DNA from: Nitrosopumilaceae archaeon
GTDB lineage: Archaea; Thermoproteota; Nitrososphaeria; Nitrososphaerales; Nitrosopumilaceae
Reading direction: 5' to 3'
Length of the DNA: 64,000 nt
Assembly (NCBI GenBank): GCA_965208905.1
Contig: OZ242365.1
Coordinates: forward strand, 160,001 to 224,000
In this document: piece by piece, positions 39,652 through 50,329 of the stretch
Position numbering within the stretch: position 1 is the first letter of the stretch
Layout of the letters: the number at the start of each line of letters is the position of its first letter
The notes under the pieces: model-generated
What the model saw: the letters and a program-made list of their open reading frames with translations, nothing else
What the model was told of the DNA's origin: nothing
The model's database searches: none
Program-made: the position numbers and the translations under genes

Positions 39652-42600
39652 ATGAGGGGAACAGTAGTAATGCTCCTAGCCGTGGTTGCCTTGGCCCCCG
39701 CCGTCGCGTATGCGGCCGAGACGACAGACCTTGATGGCAGCGCCTTCGTGTTTGTTCCCGGCGACCCCGTCAAGGTCGTGGATGTTACCCAGCCGTATGT
39801 GCCGCTGGAGGTCGCTACAATACCCATCCAGTCATGGGAGCTCTCGCAAGTGCCCGTCAACGGGAACACCTACTTGGTCGCGATGGGAACTGACGACATC
39901 CTACACATATGGGATGTGACCGTGCCGTACAGACCGGTTCCAGCCTCCTCGCTGCCAGCACCCATCGGGGACGACCCGCTGAGGGTCACGGACGTGGACT
40001 GGGCGGAGGCTGACGGAAGGATGTTCGCGCTGATATCCGCCGGGGACAGCATCCATGTAATAGATGTGACCGACCCGCAGAACCCGTCCAGGACGGGGGA
40101 GATCCGGAACGGCGAGCGGCGCATTGACGCGCTGGGCGGAGTAGTAGATGCCGAGCAGTTCTGGGCGGATCAGATGCCATACCTGATCGTGGCCGGGTCC
40201 GATGCCGTCCAGATCATAGGATTTGATGTTCCGACCGAGCCTGAGGGCATATCAGTCATAAGACAGGGTGAGTACGGCTTTGGAACGGTGGGGGGCCTGC
40301 TGGATGTAGATATAGCGGCGTCGGAGTCCGGTGTGTACGCGCTGATAATGGGGGCGCACTCTGTGATGGTGGCCGACATAACGGACCCTGGGCACCCTGT
40401 CCACGTGGACACCTTCGTGCATATGAATCTGGTCGACATGGACGTGCTGCAGACCGAGGATACCTCATATGCACTGGCCATGTGCATAGACAAGATGCAC
40501 ATTATAGATATGCGCGACCCGAATCGCCCCGTGGAGATCTCCGACATCCCCATTTCCACCGCCGACGTAGCGGGCATCGAGGCGGATGGGCGCCTCTGGG
40601 CGCTGTCGGTGGGTGAGACCATAGATGCCTTGGATATCACTAACCCCGAATCGCCGATGCCCGCGTACGTGCGGGAGGGAGGGTTCTCCTACGCGCCCGA
40701 AGCGACGGAGATCGCCGTCATAGATGGGGACCTGTACGTCCTGACGGCCAGCGTTGGTCGGAGCACCATACAGATAACGGAGATTACAGATCCGGCCAAC
40801 CCGGTGCCCGTATCGGCTGTGGTCGGCGGACAGCACGCCCACGGGATAATTCACGGCCCGCATGATGTGGCGGTCACCGAGGCGGACGGCAGGACGTACG
40901 CGGTGGTGCCCAACGTGTACAGCAACAGCATGGCCATCCTGGACATAACTGACCCGCGCAGCCCCACCATAGAGTCGAACGTGGAGTTCCCGACGCTAAG
41001 GGTTCCCACCTCGGTGGCGATATTCGACTCAGGATCATCCAAGTATGCGGCGGTGGCCGGCCACTATGCTGAGAGCATACGGCTTCTGGACATAACGGAT
41101 CCTGGCGCGCCTGTCCTAGGAGTGTTGATACGGGACGGCCAATACGGGTTTGAGGCCGTCGGGGATCCGTTGAGCCTTGACGCAGTCACCATCGGGAATT
41201 CTTCATATATACTGGTAAGTAGTTACTTTGAGAACGCGGTACAGGTCATAGATGTCACCGACCCCGACTCGCCGGTTCCGGCCGCGGCGCTGTTTGATAG
41301 AATAGACGGGTATACGCTGGGCGGCCCGCACGAGATTAAGGCGGTCCAGATTGGCGGCGAGACGTTCGCAGTCGTGGCAGCCGCCTACGACAGCAGCATA
41401 TCCATTATAGATATAACCGACCCCCGCTCGCCGTCGTTGGCGTCCAGGATGACTGACGGCCGCGGTGGTTTTGACCACCTCGATACCGTGCAGTATTTGG
41501 ATGTGGTAAGCCACGGGGACCGCACACTGCTGGTCGCCACCAGCTACTTTGACCATACGGTCCAGTTGGCGGACATAACGGACCCCCGCGCTCCGGAGCC
41601 ACTCCCCTCGGCGGTGCAGGGCCAGGACGGGTTCGACGCTCTGGTAGGCCCCACGGATGTGGCAGTGGCTAGCCACGGAGGGATAGCATACGTGGCAGTG
41701 GCAGACTACTTTGGAAACGGCATCCAGATTGCGGAGATAGACGGCCTGTCCCTGAAGGCGGCCTCGACCGTCTCCGCCGGGCCGCAGGAGTCTCTGCCTC
41801 TGGCAATCACCACCGGGGTGCAGTCGGCCACCATATCTGGCAGGACGTACGCCCTTACTGCATCCCCGGCGCAGGACGTAGTGCAGATAACGGACATCAC
41901 CAACCCGATCACCCCCACCGCGGTGTCGTTGATCCGCCACGGGGAAGACGGCTTTGTGATGGACAACCCGGCGGGTATAGAGGTAGGGGAGATATCTGGC
42001 GGACATTACGCGTTTGTCGCTGGAGTGGACAGCGAGAGTGTACAGGTGGTAGACATCAGCGAACCTGATGATCCCAAGCCAGTATACCTGATGAGGGACG
42101 GTCTGGGCTGGGTGGTCGAGACGGAGTTTCTGTTGATAGACCGGATGCCGTACCTGGTGATGGTGGACAGGACGAATGATACTCTACACATCATGGATGT
42201 CAGCGATCCTGCCGGTCCCGAGCGCGTGGCAGTCCTGCCCGATGTCATCTCATCTGCACAGGGTGTGGATGTGATCCGGACGGCCGAGAAAGTCCTGGCG
42301 CTGGTCTTCAGCTTTGATCACCATACAGTGCATATCATAGACATCACCGATCCTGCCAACCCCCATCAGGTCTCGGCCATATCCGGCGAGAAGTACCTGC
42401 AGGCGGTGACCGACCTGGACTCGATAACCATTGGAACCAGGACGCTGTCCGCCATATCCAGTTACAAGACGGACACCGTCTCTGTGGTGGACATTACGGA
42501 TCCGCTCAATCCCGTGCTGCTCTCATCGGTACAGGGCGGCGAGGGCGGACACTACCTCCACAGTCCTGAGAGCCTGCAGGTGGCGGCCATAGGGGACGGC

Positions 42601-42876
42601 GTATTCGTTGCTGTGGCCAACGGCAACGACAGCCTCCAGCTGATGGACATTACGGATCCGCTCCGGCCGGTATTGGCAGCCCCGATAGGGATGGTAAACG
42701 GCTCTTCCATATACGGCACCACCGATGTCGAGATGGTCAAGATAGGCGCCGACTGGTACGTGCTGTTCCAGACCATTGACGGAAACATCACGCCGCTACT
42801 GGACATAACAGACCCATACGGACCGGTGGACATGTCCTTGATACCACCCCTCCACCATCTGGAGCAGCTCAGATAG
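39652..42876 (+). CDS. Secreted LVIVD-repeat beta-propeller protein
   Basis: Signal peptide followed by roughly twenty (I/L)xDI(T/S)DP..P repeats; GC-rich. Confidence 0.88.
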   Translation: MRGTVVMLLAVVALAPAVAYAAETTDLDGSAFVFVPGDPVKVVDVTQPYVPLEVATIPIQSWELSQVPVNGNTYLVAMGTDDILHIWDVTVPYRPVPASSLPAPIGDDPLRVTDVDWAEADGRMFALISAGDSIHVIDVTDPQNPSRTGEIRNGERRIDALGGVVDAEQFWADQMPYLIVAGSDAVQIIGFDVPTEPEGISVIRQGEYGFGTVGGLLDVDIAASESGVYALIMGAHSVMVADITDPGHPVHVDTFVHMNLVDMDVLQTEDTSYALAMCIDKMHIIDMRDPNRPVEISDIPISTADVAGIEADGRLWALSVGETIDALDITNPESPMPAYVREGGFSYAPEATEIAVIDGDLYVLTASVGRSTIQITEITDPANPVPVSAVVGGQHAHGIIHGPHDVAVTEADGRTYAVVPNVYSNSMAILDITDPRSPTIESNVEFPTLRVPTSVAIFDSGSSKYAAVAGHYAESIRLLDITDPGAPVLGVLIRDGQYGFEAVGDPLSLDAVTIGNSSYILVSSYFENAVQVIDVTDPDSPVPAAALFDRIDGYTLGGPHEIKAVQIGGETFAVVAAAYDSSISIIDITDPRSPSLASRMTDGRGGFDHLDTVQYLDVVSHGDRTLLVATSYFDHTVQLADITDPRAPEPLPSAVQGQDGFDALVGPTDVAVASHGGIAYVAVADYFGNGIQIAEIDGLSLKAASTVSAGPQESLPLAITTGVQSATISGRTYALTASPAQDVVQITDITNPITPTAVSLIRHGEDGFVMDNPAGIEVGEISGGHYAFVAGVDSESVQVVDISEPDDPKPVYLMRDGLGWVVETEFLLIDRMPYLVMVDRTNDTLHIMDVSDPAGPERVAVLPDVISSAQGVDVIRTAEKVLALVFSFDHHTVHIIDITDPANPHQVSAISGEKYLQAVTDLDSITIGTRTLSAISSYKTDTVSVVDITDPLNPVLLSSVQGGEGGHYLHSPESLQVAAIGDGVFVAVANGNDSLQLMDITDPLRPVLAAPIGMVNGSSIYGTTDVEMVKIGADWYVLFQTIDGNITPLLDITDPYGPVDMSLIPPLHHLEQLR

Positions 42877-43179
42877 GGGCGCCATTGCGCATCCCAATGG
42901 ACGCTCCATTGCATGTTGCAACAGGCCGGGCCGCGGCTACATGCCCGAAGCGGGCGCCCCCACTGGATCGATAAATCTCCAACTGCAGAGACTGAACCCA
43001 TGACGGAGATTAACATGACTCAACCACCTCTTAGTGGAAAGAAGCAACTTGATGGCAGACGTACTGCTCGACAACTGAGTAACGAGGATCGCAAAACTCC
43101 AGAAAGAGAGGATGTGAACAGCGGTGATAAGCCTTTTAGGTTATTATTTGTATTTGTAAGAGATGTCTGATTACAAGGC

Positions 43180-43386
43180 CAGAATGTATATTATTATGTA
43201 ATGCAATAATGTGTAACTACAATGCTAAACAATGAAACATGTTAAAAATATAGTAAAAAAATTACTAAAATTATAAATAAACAAAAATTTTTTCATATAA
43301 ATAAACAATATAAATTGTAAAAATCATAGAAAAGTTACAAGAAAGCTAATCAATGTCAATATATAGAATAGACACCAACCTATATT
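43180..43386 (+). promoter_or_regulatory. Very AT-rich upstream/promoter region of amoC
   Basis: Long A/T runs and a TATA-like AATATATAG shortly before the amoC ATG. Confidence 0.45.
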
Positions 43387-43950
43387 ATGGCACAAATGCC
43401 CGCACTCATCCCAAAAGAGGTCGAGATTCAGAGACTCAAGAAGATCTGGCTCATCGTAATCGCAATGGGATCAACCGCTGCATCCGTCGAAGTAGACAAC
43501 TTTGTCGACGGTTCATTGCACCAGACATCTATTCGTGATAGCGCCTTTACACCAGCTCACTGGTGGCTATACAGCCACTTTGTGGCATTGCCACTAGGTT
43601 GGGGTGCAGCTGCTATCTACGATCGTAAGGTACCAGTTCTCCGAGGTCCAAACAACTCTATGAACACCGGTCTAAAGATGACCATACTAGGTTATCTAGC
43701 AACCATGTTCACGATTGGAGTTAACGAGATGTGGCACTTTTGGTTCGTGGAAGAGATATTCGCAGTACCAAATCACTGGATGTTCAACATGGGTGTAGTT
43801 GTAGCATTTATGGGTGCCCTCGCATATGTAGTTCGAGTATATGCTCGACTCGTAGAGCTCGGTGCGGAGACTCCTGGTGAGAATCCATACGTAGCCGAGA
43901 TGTACAAGATGGCCCTAGAGGGCAAACTGTACAGCAGGGCAATACCTTAG
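43387..43950 (+). CDS. amoC: Ammonia monooxygenase subunit C
   Basis: MAQMPALIPKE, DGSLHQTSIRDSAFTPAH, NEMWHFWFVEEIF. Confidence 0.98.
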   Translation: MAQMPALIPKEVEIQRLKKIWLIVIAMGSTAASVEVDNFVDGSLHQTSIRDSAFTPAHWWLYSHFVALPLGWGAAAIYDRKVPVLRGPNNSMNTGLKMTILGYLATMFTIGVNEMWHFWFVEEIFAVPNHWMFNMGVVVAFMGALAYVVRVYARLVELGAETPGENPYVAEMYKMALEGKLYSRAIP

Positions 43951-44220
43951 ACGCTTTCTGCATTTTTTTTAATTTCAAAAAGATACTTCTTGTATCATGT
44001 AGTTGGTCTTTGCTAATTATTGGTATCAGGGGTCGGATGATCTTGCGATTATAATCTGCGCATGTCAACTCTGACCACATAGGTTGGGACATACATGAGT
44101 TGACTGATACATTGATTTGACATTGCCAGTGGCCATACATCGCTTGGTTAATACAAGAGTATCCACTAATTTTGAAAATCTAGAAAGATTTAAAAGGATT
44201 CTTGTGTGAAGAAACACAGA

Positions 44221-44583
44221 ATGACATTACCAAAAGGATTTGGTTCAGGCGGCTCGGGCGGAACGTCAAGCGCTGATGTAGAGCGCATGATCGGCAGACG
44301 CGTCGAGAATATGGCCGGAATAATTACAGCCTCTTACATTGCTGCATGGTTGGCAACGTTCGGTGGAACAGCTGCAGGATACTTTTACTACCCATGGGCA
44401 TACCCAACACCTAGTGGACACTATGCATTCATAGTCCTAACAATCATCGAAGCCATAGGCTACATATTCTGCGTAAAAGTTATGCAGGAAGGCTCCAATA
44501 AGAACAGCAATGGAATGGTTGCTGCAGCTGTAGCAGGAACTGCGGTGGGAACAATATTCATCTCACTATACGTAGGCAATTAG
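44221..44583 (+). CDS. amoX: Ammonia monooxygenase subunit X
   Basis: MTLPKGFG..., YFYYPWAYPTPSGHYAF; located between amoC and amoA. Confidence 0.92.
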   Translation: MTLPKGFGSGGSGGTSSADVERMIGRRVENMAGIITASYIAAWLATFGGTAAGYFYYPWAYPTPSGHYAFIVLTIIEAIGYIFCVKVMQEGSNKNSNGMVAAAVAGTAVGTIFISLYVGN

Positions 44584-44853
44584 AAGGGTACCCTTCAGAA
44601 AACCTCTTTTTCATTTTAAAATAGCCGTTTTGGCTTGGTCTGTATCAAGCTACTCAATGGACTGTGTATTTGGCAATAGACGAATTCTTTCAAAGCCTGC
44701 TCGGATTGAAGATCTCTACACAATACTACTCATTAGGAACAATTCAGATAAACAGACTGTCTGCAAGAGATGACCATTCGTCTTTGTTGGAGCATGCAGC
44801 ACCATCCAGTCCTTTTAAAAAATTTTATATACGGTGTGTATGTGATTGATATA

Positions 44854-45504
44854 ATGGTATGGCTTAGACGATGTACCCACTACTTGTTCATAGTGGTAGT
44901 TGCAGTAAACTCTACACTGCTTACGATCAATGCAGGAGACTATATCTTCTACACTGATTGGGCTTGGACATCATATGTGGTATTCTCAATATCACAGACC
45001 TTGATGCTTGTAGTTGGTGCAACGTATTACTTGACGTTTACAGGGGTACCTGGAACAGCCACTTACTACTGTCTGATAATGACGGTATATACGTGGGTAG
45101 CCAAAGGCGCTTGGTTCGCACTAGGATACCCATACGACTTCATAGTGACACCAGTCTGGTTACCTTCAGGGATGCTTCTTGACTTGGTATACTGGGCCAC
45201 CAAAAAGAATAAGCACAGTCTGATACTATTCGGAGGTGTGCTGGTAGGAATGTCCCTACCATTGTTCAACATGGTGAACTTGATCACAGTGGCAGACCCG
45301 CTTGAAACCGCATTCAAGTATCCAAGGCCGACATTACCACCATACATGACACCAATAGAGCCTCAAGTAGGCAAGTTCTATAATAGCCCAGTAGCGCTAG
45401 GTGCAGGAGCAGGAGCAGTGCTATCTGTAACCATGGCAGCGCTGGGCTGTAAGCTGAATACGTGGACGTATAGGTGGATGGCAGCCTGGTCCAAGTGGGA
45501 TTAA
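44854..45504 (+). CDS. amoA: Ammonia monooxygenase subunit A (216 aa)
   Basis: MVWLRRCTHYLF...NAGDYIFYTDWAW...WMAAWSKWD. Confidence 0.98.
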   Translation: MVWLRRCTHYLFIVVVAVNSTLLTINAGDYIFYTDWAWTSYVVFSISQTLMLVVGATYYLTFTGVPGTATYYCLIMTVYTWVAKGAWFALGYPYDFIVTPVWLPSGMLLDLVYWATKKNKHSLILFGGVLVGMSLPLFNMVNLITVADPLETAFKYPRPTLPPYMTPIEPQVGKFYNSPVALGAGAGAVLSVTMAALGCKLNTWTYRWMAAWSKWD

Positions 45505-45960
45505 TCCCTTTTCTTTCATTTTATTATTCTTGGTTCTGCCCCCAGAGTTGGGGCGGAGTATGATGAATTATCATACATAATGAATAGAGTCATAGTCTAA
45601 CACCGTATTATATTACATCGTATGAGAAGAATAGTCGAACAATAACACGCCCATACTGAAAAAGGGGCATAAAGTCATGTCTAGCATATGGCAGCACCAA
45701 TGCATGTAAGAACGTCCACTATATCAATATGACATAATCTGTGGTTCTGGCCCCAAAACATATTTGCCATAACCCAGACTGCCATACAAGAAATAAGTAG
45801 AAATAATATTGTTTGCAGATGTAGGCTATGTACGTATCAAGATATGGCCGTGAGGTTTTGGCCAGTCTGAAAGTTCGCCGTGGCATGATGCAACACCGCA
45901 CATTCTGGAGGGCGGACAGACCATATCACAGAGGGGTGATGTAGTATAACTCAACTTTGT

Positions 45961-46818
45961 AGAAGGAGCTTCAGCGTCATACCAAAACCTTTTGTCAAGT
46001 GGGCTGGAGGAAAGAGGCAGTTACTAAACACAATAAGAAGCATGCTTCCCGCAAAGTATGGGGCGTATTATGAGCCATTTCTGGGTGGCGGTGCCGTATT
46101 CCTCGACATGCTAAGACACCAACCATCCCGCAAATATTTTGTGTCCGACTTGAATCAAGAGTTGATACTTGCCTATGAGGCGATTCGAGACAATGTCGAT
46201 GATCTCATCAAAATACTAAAGGAGCATGCGGTTTCCTTCAACAACAGCAGAGAGTATTATAACAGAGTGCGCAGTCAAAGTCCAGACAGACGGGTGGAAG
46301 AGGCAGCCAGACTACTATTCCTAAACAAGACCTGTTTTAATGGTCTGTATCGTGTAAACAGCAAGAACCAATTCAACGTTCCCATGGGCAGTTATCACAA
46401 TCCCGAGATAGTGCACGAAGACAATCTCAGAAGCATTAATGCCATCTTAAACTCGGACAATGTAACCATACGATGTGGTGACTTTGAGGAGTCTGTAAAG
46501 TATGCCAAAAGTGGAGATATGATATACTTTGATCCGCCATATCAGCCAGTAAACAGCACCAGCAGCTTTACTCAATATACAAGGTATGGTTTTTCATACG
46601 AGGATTTGAAGAGGTTGGCAAGAGTGTGTGAAACTCTGCACAGTGCCGGTTGCATGGTGATGTTATCCAACTCAAATGTGGATGCTGTTGAGCAGTTATT
46701 CGACAGAGAGATCTGGTACATCAAAAGGGTAAGGGCGGCCAGGGCCATTAATTCGGTGGGAACAAAGAGGGTTGGACACCAAGAGTTGATCATAACAAAC
46801 TATATAACTCCAAGATAA
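45961..46818 (+). CDS. dam: Dam-like DNA adenine methyltransferase (start uncertain)
   Basis: PKPFVKWAGGKRQL upstream of the ATG at 46042, YYEPFLGGGAV, FNGLYRVN, YFDPPY. Confidence 0.88.
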   Translation, partial: RRSFSVIPKPFVKWAGGKRQLLNTIRSMLPAKYGAYYEPFLGGGAVFLDMLRHQPSRKYFVSDLNQELILAYEAIRDNVDDLIKILKEHAVSFNNSREYYNRVRSQSPDRRVEEAARLLFLNKTCFNGLYRVNSKNQFNVPMGSYHNPEIVHEDNLRSINAILNSDNVTIRCGDFEESVKYAKSGDMIYFDPPYQPVNSTSSFTQYTRYGFSYEDLKRLARVCETLHSAGCMVMLSNSNVDAVEQLFDREIWYIKRVRAARAINSVGTKRVGHQELIITNYITPR

Positions 46819-46878
46819 CTTTTGATCAGCTCATATAAGCGCAAACGTTTAATTTTGTAACCATAATGATACGGTATT

Positions 46879-47328
46879 ATGGGAAGGATGCATACACACC
46901 GACATGGTAAGTCACACTCTCGAAGGCCTGTAGAGGTTCGTATACCACAATGGATACCATATACGCCAAAACAGGTGGAGGAGTTGGTTGTAAAGTATGC
47001 CCGGGACGGTCTGACGCCCAGTCAGATAGGCATAAAGTTGCGAGACCAACATGCCATACCGCTGGTAAAACCCATAGTGGGAAAGACAATTGGAAGTATA
47101 CTAGAGCAGAATGAGTTAAAACCAGATATGCCAGAGGACTTGGATAACATAGTGAAGAAGGCGGTGGGTCTGCAGAGGCACCTTCGCGAGAATCGAGGAG
47201 ATAGAAGAAATGTGAGATCGTTAGAGTTGATAGAAGCCAAGGTACACAGGCTCTCAGTATACTACAAAAGAATGGGGAGCATACCTAGTAACTGGAAATA
47301 CAAGTCAGTAGTGGCTCAGCTGGAATGA
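46879..47328 (+). CDS. rps15: 30S ribosomal protein S15 (uS15)
   Basis: MGRMHTHRHGKSHS, PSQIGIKLRD, LELIEAKVHRL. Confidence 0.97.
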   Translation: MGRMHTHRHGKSHSRRPVEVRIPQWIPYTPKQVEELVVKYARDGLTPSQIGIKLRDQHAIPLVKPIVGKTIGSILEQNELKPDMPEDLDNIVKKAVGLQRHLRENRGDRRNVRSLELIEAKVHRLSVYYKRMGSIPSNWKYKSVVAQLE

Positions 47329-48746
47329 CATCCCTGTCCAAATCACTGTCCATGTTTGCGGACAGAACGATGGACTGCATAAAGAGTAAGAGGCCAATAA
47401 TGGTGCTCACACATATGGACTGTGATGGGTTGACATCCGGTTCCATAATCGGCAAGGCCCTCATACGAGCTGGTGCCAACTGTACCATACGTTCATCCAT
47501 AGAGTTTAGCCCCAAAGTAGCCAAATCACTATCCAAAGATAGTAGGGCATTCCACATAATAACAGATTTGGGAGGTGGATTTGCAGATGATCTAGACAGG
47601 GAGTTGGGAGATCAATGGCTAGTGTTAGACCATCACCACATACCAGATACAGAGTTCGATAATGAGCGGGTGATAAACTCTTGGAAGTTTGACATAGATG
47701 GTGGGGTAGACATATGCGCCGGGGGTATGACGTATTTAGCAGCAGTCTCTTTGGACAAGAACAACTCAGACCTATCGCCATTGGCAGTTGTTGCTGCATT
47801 AGGAGACCGGCAAGACCAAGGCGAAAAAAGGTCACTAACTGGCAAGAATAAAGAGATATCCAAAGTAGCCGAGGAGTTAGAACTCTTAGAGATTGATATG
47901 GATCTGCTTTTGTATGGCCGAGAGACTCGCCCTATAGCAGATGCGTTGGCTTATACATCACAGCCATACATAAAGGGAGTAACCTGGGAACGAGGGAATT
48001 GCGCCTCATTACTCAAAAACGCAGGTATAGAACTAAAGGAGAGTGGCAGGTGGCGCGTCCCTGCCGAGTTGACGCAGGACGAGAAGGTTGCCATCATAGA
48101 CGCAATTGCCAAGTATGCATCCGGCCCTGGGATTACCGAGTCGATGGCAGAGATAATAGGTCACACTTATACTTTGATTGGCGAGGAGAGTGGGAGTTTC
48201 CTGAGAGATTGTAGGGAGTTTGGAACCATGCTTAATTCGTGTGGGCGTATAGGAAAGCCTGGTGTCGGTATAGCCGTCAGTATGGGCGATAGAAACAATA
48301 TGTTGACTGCGGCCGAGGAGACACTCAAAGAGTATAAGGGTCGCATAAGAGAGTACATGAATATAATATCTAATGATCGATGGAGGGTAACTGTACATGA
48401 CCATTTAGTGATGGTCAATGCCGAGGGCGTAGTTCCCGAGACCATGAGTGGCACAATTGCATCAATGATATCAGGTTCACCAAAGTATAATGGAAAGATA
48501 ATAATATTAAGAACCAGTGGTGCAGAGAACACCATCAAGTTTTCGTCCCGCAAGGCTCAAAGGTGTACCATCGCAGTCAGTTTGAGTGATCTATTACAGA
48601 AGGGGACAGAACGTTTTGGCGGAATGAGTGGAGGGCATGATATGGCAGCAGGTGCCCGTATAGATAAAGAGAAATTGGACGAGTATTTAGACTATCTAGA
48701 AGCCAATGTCAATAACATCCAGAGTGACCATACTCCTAAATCTTAA
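47325..48746 (+). CDS. DHH-family phosphoesterase (RecJ-like)
   Basis: HMDCDG, TDLGGG, LDHH, GGHDMAAG. Confidence 0.92.
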   Translation: MTSLSKSLSMFADRTMDCIKSKRPIMVLTHMDCDGLTSGSIIGKALIRAGANCTIRSSIEFSPKVAKSLSKDSRAFHIITDLGGGFADDLDRELGDQWLVLDHHHIPDTEFDNERVINSWKFDIDGGVDICAGGMTYLAAVSLDKNNSDLSPLAVVAALGDRQDQGEKRSLTGKNKEISKVAEELELLEIDMDLLLYGRETRPIADALAYTSQPYIKGVTWERGNCASLLKNAGIELKESGRWRVPAELTQDEKVAIIDAIAKYASGPGITESMAEIIGHTYTLIGEESGSFLRDCREFGTMLNSCGRIGKPGVGIAVSMGDRNNMLTAAEETLKEYKGRIREYMNIISNDRWRVTVHDHLVMVNAEGVVPETMSGTIASMISGSPKYNGKIIILRTSGAENTIKFSSRKAQRCTIAVSLSDLLQKGTERFGGMSGGHDMAAGARIDKEKLDEYLDYLEANVNNIQSDHTPKS

Positions 48747-48948
48747 TGAGGGTGTAGCCGACATGCTGTACAAGTCTTTGGGCCCTGACAATGTAAAGAT
48801 ACCATCAGATATGGACATAAAGATGAATGTGACCAATGACGTACTCTGTATAATGGTGAGTAGTTCGAATAATCCATCCCGGGTTACACACACAGTCGAT
48901 GAGATACTATCTCATGCTCAAATGATATTGGATGTGACTCAGACATGA
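48706..48948 (+). CDS. pcc1: KEOPS Pcc1-like subunit
   Basis: Size, SLGPDN and TVDEIL pattern, and position in the rps15-DHH-serS cluster. Confidence 0.7.
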   Translation: MSITSRVTILLNLNEGVADMLYKSLGPDNVKIPSDMDIKMNVTNDVLCIMVSSSNNPSRVTHTVDEILSHAQMILDVTQT

Positions 48949-50192
48949 TTGATCCATACATCATACGCGAGAGGCCAGATGACATTCGGCGCATGTTGCA
49001 GTCTAGGGTAGTAGATTATGATCTTAATGAGCTCATACTGTGTGAGCAAGAGCGACGTAGATACATAGCAGATACGGACAAGTTGCGACAGGAGAGAAAT
49101 GACTGTGGCAAGACAATATCAGAGCTGAAAAAGTCTAGAGAAGATGCGACCGATATGATAAACCATATGAAGAGGGTATCAGCAGAACTACGAGCTCAAG
49201 AGAGTATGCAGACTGCAAATGAAGAAAAGTATCAGAGATTGATTCGCGCCATGCCCAACATGATACACGATACTGTACCTTTGGGTCCAGACGATACGAC
49301 CAATGTAGAGATAAACAGATGGGGCCTGACAGATAGCAAGCCTAAAAACCACGTAGATGTGGCCGGAGATCTCTTAGATATTGAGCGGGCGGCCAAGGTT
49401 GCGGGATCCCGATTCTATTATCTCAAAGATGGTCTAGTACGACTGAATTATGCTATTATATCATATGCGCTGGATCATCTCTTGGAGTATGGATATACTT
49501 TGGTACAGCCACCATATATGATCAATCGCCAGTCCATGGAAGGAGCCATTATTGCCGAGGACTTTGAAGATGTAATCTATAAAATTCAGGATAAGGACCT
49601 ATACATGGTTGGGACCTCCGAGCATGCCATGGCGGCTATGCATTCAGATGAGATAATGGATGGTCATACGTTACCTGTCAGGTATGCCGGAGTTAGTCCG
49701 TGTTTTCGCAAGGAGGCGGGCGCCCATGGTAAAGATCAGAAGGGCATATTTCGTGTACATCAGTTCGAGAAGGTAGAGCAGTTTGTGTATGCAAGGCCCG
49801 AACAGTCCTGGGTTGAGCATCAAAGAATGTTGCGCATATCCGAAAAGTTCTACGAAAGTCTCAGCATACCATACAGAACAGTCATACTATCCAGTGGAGA
49901 TATGGGCAAGGTGGCATCCAAAACATATGATATAGAGGCATGGATGGCAGGACAGTCTGCATATAGGGAGATAGTGTCATGCTCCAACTGTACAGACTAT
50001 CAAGCCAGAAGATTGATGATTCGATACAGGGATCGCACCAACGACAAACCCCAGTATCTGCACACCCTAAACAGCACATTGGTGGCTACTACACGAACCA
50101 TGGTGGCCATAATGGAGAACCACCAAAGGAGAGACGGCCACATTGATGTACCAAAGCCTCTACAGTCATACATGAATCTCAAAACAATATAG
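48945..50192 (+). CDS. serS: Serine--tRNA ligase
   Basis: GTSEH, CFRKEAG, FRVHQFEKVEQF, EIVSCSNCTDYQARR, TLNST. Confidence 0.97.
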   Translation: MIDPYIIRERPDDIRRMLQSRVVDYDLNELILCEQERRRYIADTDKLRQERNDCGKTISELKKSREDATDMINHMKRVSAELRAQESMQTANEEKYQRLIRAMPNMIHDTVPLGPDDTTNVEINRWGLTDSKPKNHVDVAGDLLDIERAAKVAGSRFYYLKDGLVRLNYAIISYALDHLLEYGYTLVQPPYMINRQSMEGAIIAEDFEDVIYKIQDKDLYMVGTSEHAMAAMHSDEIMDGHTLPVRYAGVSPCFRKEAGAHGKDQKGIFRVHQFEKVEQFVYARPEQSWVEHQRMLRISEKFYESLSIPYRTVILSSGDMGKVASKTYDIEAWMAGQSAYREIVSCSNCTDYQARRLMIRYRDRTNDKPQYLHTLNSTLVATTRTMVAIMENHQRRDGHIDVPKPLQSYMNLKTI

Positions 50193-50329
50193 AATGTATT
50201 ACAGATTTTGTGTAGACAGAGTCTCCTACCAAATATACGTGATGAATGCAAGAAAGGCATATGCTCAGGTCCTTTTCTATTTCTACCGCACCTATCTGGT
50301 ACTGTCCGACGCATATCAATCCATCTTGC

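Noticed and set aside
42913-43170. 85-aa ORF at the island edge
   Set aside because: Spans the GC transition, has low complexity and no family signal
45535-45557. Hairpin TCTGCCCC/GGGGCGGA after amoA
   Set aside because: Adequately explained as a terminator or 3' stability element
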